Positions 62,651 to 64,000 of a stretch of DNA of 64,000 nt are shown here, piece after piece. This DNA comes from Acidobacteriota bacterium (GTDB lineage: Bacteria > Acidobacteriota > UBA6911). Location of the stretch: NCBI GenBank assembly GCA_963664705.1, contig OY761556.1, positions 3,360,001 to 3,424,000 of the forward strand, in the 5' to 3' direction. The notes beneath the pieces were generated by a model that was given only the letters and a program-made list of their open reading frames with translations, was not told the origin of the DNA and ran no database searches. The translations under genes were made by a program, and so were the position numbers. The stretch's first letter is position 1, and every line of letters begins with the position of its first letter.

Positions 62651-63654
62651 AGCGGTCGCGGGTAGCGGTCAATATTGTTTCCTACAACTCGGATCGATAT
62701 TTGGAATCCTGCCTTCAGAGTCTGAAAGCTCAGACATTTCGGGATTTCTCGATATCGATATGGGACAACGCATCGCGGGACGCCACCCACGCCATCATCC
62801 TGGCGCACCAGGATCAGCTGGATTTCTACAATTTTTCCAAGGAGAACCTGGGGTTTTGCAAAGCCCATAATCGGCTTATCCGGGAAACGGTTTCCGATTA
62901 CACGCTTGTGCTGAATCCCGATGTGATTCTGGCCCCCGATTTCCTGGAACGCATTGTGAGTGAAATGGAACTCCATCCCGAGGCCGGATCCGCAACCGGC
63001 AAACTATTTCGCCAGACAGCCCTGCCCTATGCGGAACAACAATCAGCCGCGCAGAAAATACTCGACAGCACCGGCATGTATTTCACGCCAAACCAGCGTC
63101 ATTTTGATCGAGGTTCCGGCGAAGTGGATCAGGGTCAGTTCGACAAAATGGAATATGTGTTCGGAGCCTCGGGTGCAGCAGCTTTCTATCGTCGAACCAT
63201 GCTCGATGATCTCCGCTACGAAGCGGAATACTTCGATGAGAGTTTTTTTGCATATCGGGAGGATGCGGATCTGGCGTGGCGAGCGTTATGGCTGGGCTGG
63301 AAATGCCTTTATGTTCCCGATGCAATTGCCTATCATGCCAGGCAGGTTCTTCCGAAAAACCGCTCGACCTATCCGGACATCGTCAACATGCACTCTTTTA
63401 AGAACCGATTCCTGCTGCGGGCAAAAAATATGGATGGAGGAACCTGGCTGCGTTTCCTGATACCGATCACGATACGTGATCTGGCCGCGCTGTCCTACGT
63501 TCTGTTGAGGGAGCATGCATCGCTTCGAGCCATACCGCTATTGCTTCGTACCCTGCCGCGTGCATTGGCATGGCGCAAATCCATTCAATCCCGCAAGCGT
63601 GTCTCCGCCACCGACCTCCGCCGCTGGTTTAAAATTGAATCAACTCTCGGCTAA
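62647..63654 (+). CDS. Glycosyltransferase family 2
   Basis: WDNAS.D, LNPDV, GASGAA and FFAYREDADL motifs; ATG at 62647 overlaps the upstream stop. Confidence 0.9.
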   Translation: MKRSRVAVNIVSYNSDRYLESCLQSLKAQTFRDFSISIWDNASRDATHAIILAHQDQLDFYNFSKENLGFCKAHNRLIRETVSDYTLVLNPDVILAPDFLERIVSEMELHPEAGSATGKLFRQTALPYAEQQSAAQKILDSTGMYFTPNQRHFDRGSGEVDQGQFDKMEYVFGASGAAAFYRRTMLDDLRYEAEYFDESFFAYREDADLAWRALWLGWKCLYVPDAIAYHARQVLPKNRSTYPDIVNMHSFKNRFLLRAKNMDGGTWLRFLIPITIRDLAALSYVLLREHASLRAIPLLLRTLPRALAWRKSIQSRKRVSATDLRRWFKIESTLG

Positions 63655-63708
63655 TATGCGGCTTTGGGGCGTCGCTTAAAGAAATATGCGCATGCAACCC
63701 GACGCCAA

Positions 63709-63999
63709 TCAGCAGAGGCGGAGATCGGCAAAGGCATTCAGTTGAAGGTCAAAGGAAACTGGCTGGAGTAGTTTTGGCGTACCCGCGGCTGCGATCATGG
63801 CAGCGTTATCGGTCGTAAAGATCGGGCTGGGATAATACACGCGGACGGGTATCTCATATTCCTTTTTTGCCGTCTCTGTTTCGAAAACGCGCTTGAAAGC
63901 CGCGCGCAAATGGCTGTTGCAAGCCACGCCGCCCACCAGCAGGATGGAACGCGGGTGCAGCTTACTTACAGCTTTCTGAGTCTGGCGCAGCAGGGTATC
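63709..63999 (-). CDS. tsaD: tRNA N6-adenosine threonylcarbamoyltransferase TsaD (C-terminal part)
   Basis: LVGGVACNSHLR and TDNAAMIA motifs; runs off the window edge. Confidence 0.88.
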   Translation of the reverse strand, partial: DTLLRQTQKAVSKLHPRSILLVGGVACNSHLRAAFKRVFETETAKKEYEIPVRVYYPSPIFTTDNAAMIAAAGTPKLLQPVSFDLQLNAFADLRLC

Positions 64000-64000
64000 G

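Overview
Chromosomal core and cell-envelope region of a diderm bacterium of roughly 55% GC (by eye). LptD, BshC and the gene styles suggest Acidobacteriota, which is an inference. The first half holds gap-pgk-tpiA-secG-tRNA-Leu(GAG), an orphan groEL, lptD-folK-panC-like, dacB-moaD-moaE, ffs-dnaX-recR, an RND efflux pair, an RqcH/NFACT gene and manC-argG-bshC-PIG-L. The second half holds several metabolic genes (SSDH, OYE, tdk, hotdog proteins, MoxR/VWA, CitE, queG), a ~15 kb LPS/O-antigen cluster (epimerase, WaaL-like ligase, Wzm/Wzt, many GT2/GT4/GT9) and the 3' end of tsaD. No integrase, transposase, prophage or CRISPR array was seen. Four observations stand out. (1) An unannotated 46-48 aa membrane micro-protein with an in-frame UGA in a T-U-M-S-x-S-C context, a candidate selenoprotein coupled to a DUF302 gene. 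(2) A full-length PanC homologue in which the recognisable active-site motifs are all replaced, a candidate pseudoenzyme. (3) A recurrent architecture in which the last ~90-110 bp of a gene is duplicated downstream with a palindromic REP/MITE-like element between the copies: amplified to A-B-A-B-A at panC, decayed at a GT2 gene, and possibly present at a DUF5658 gene. (4) A possible -1 frameshift cassette near the end of dnaX.
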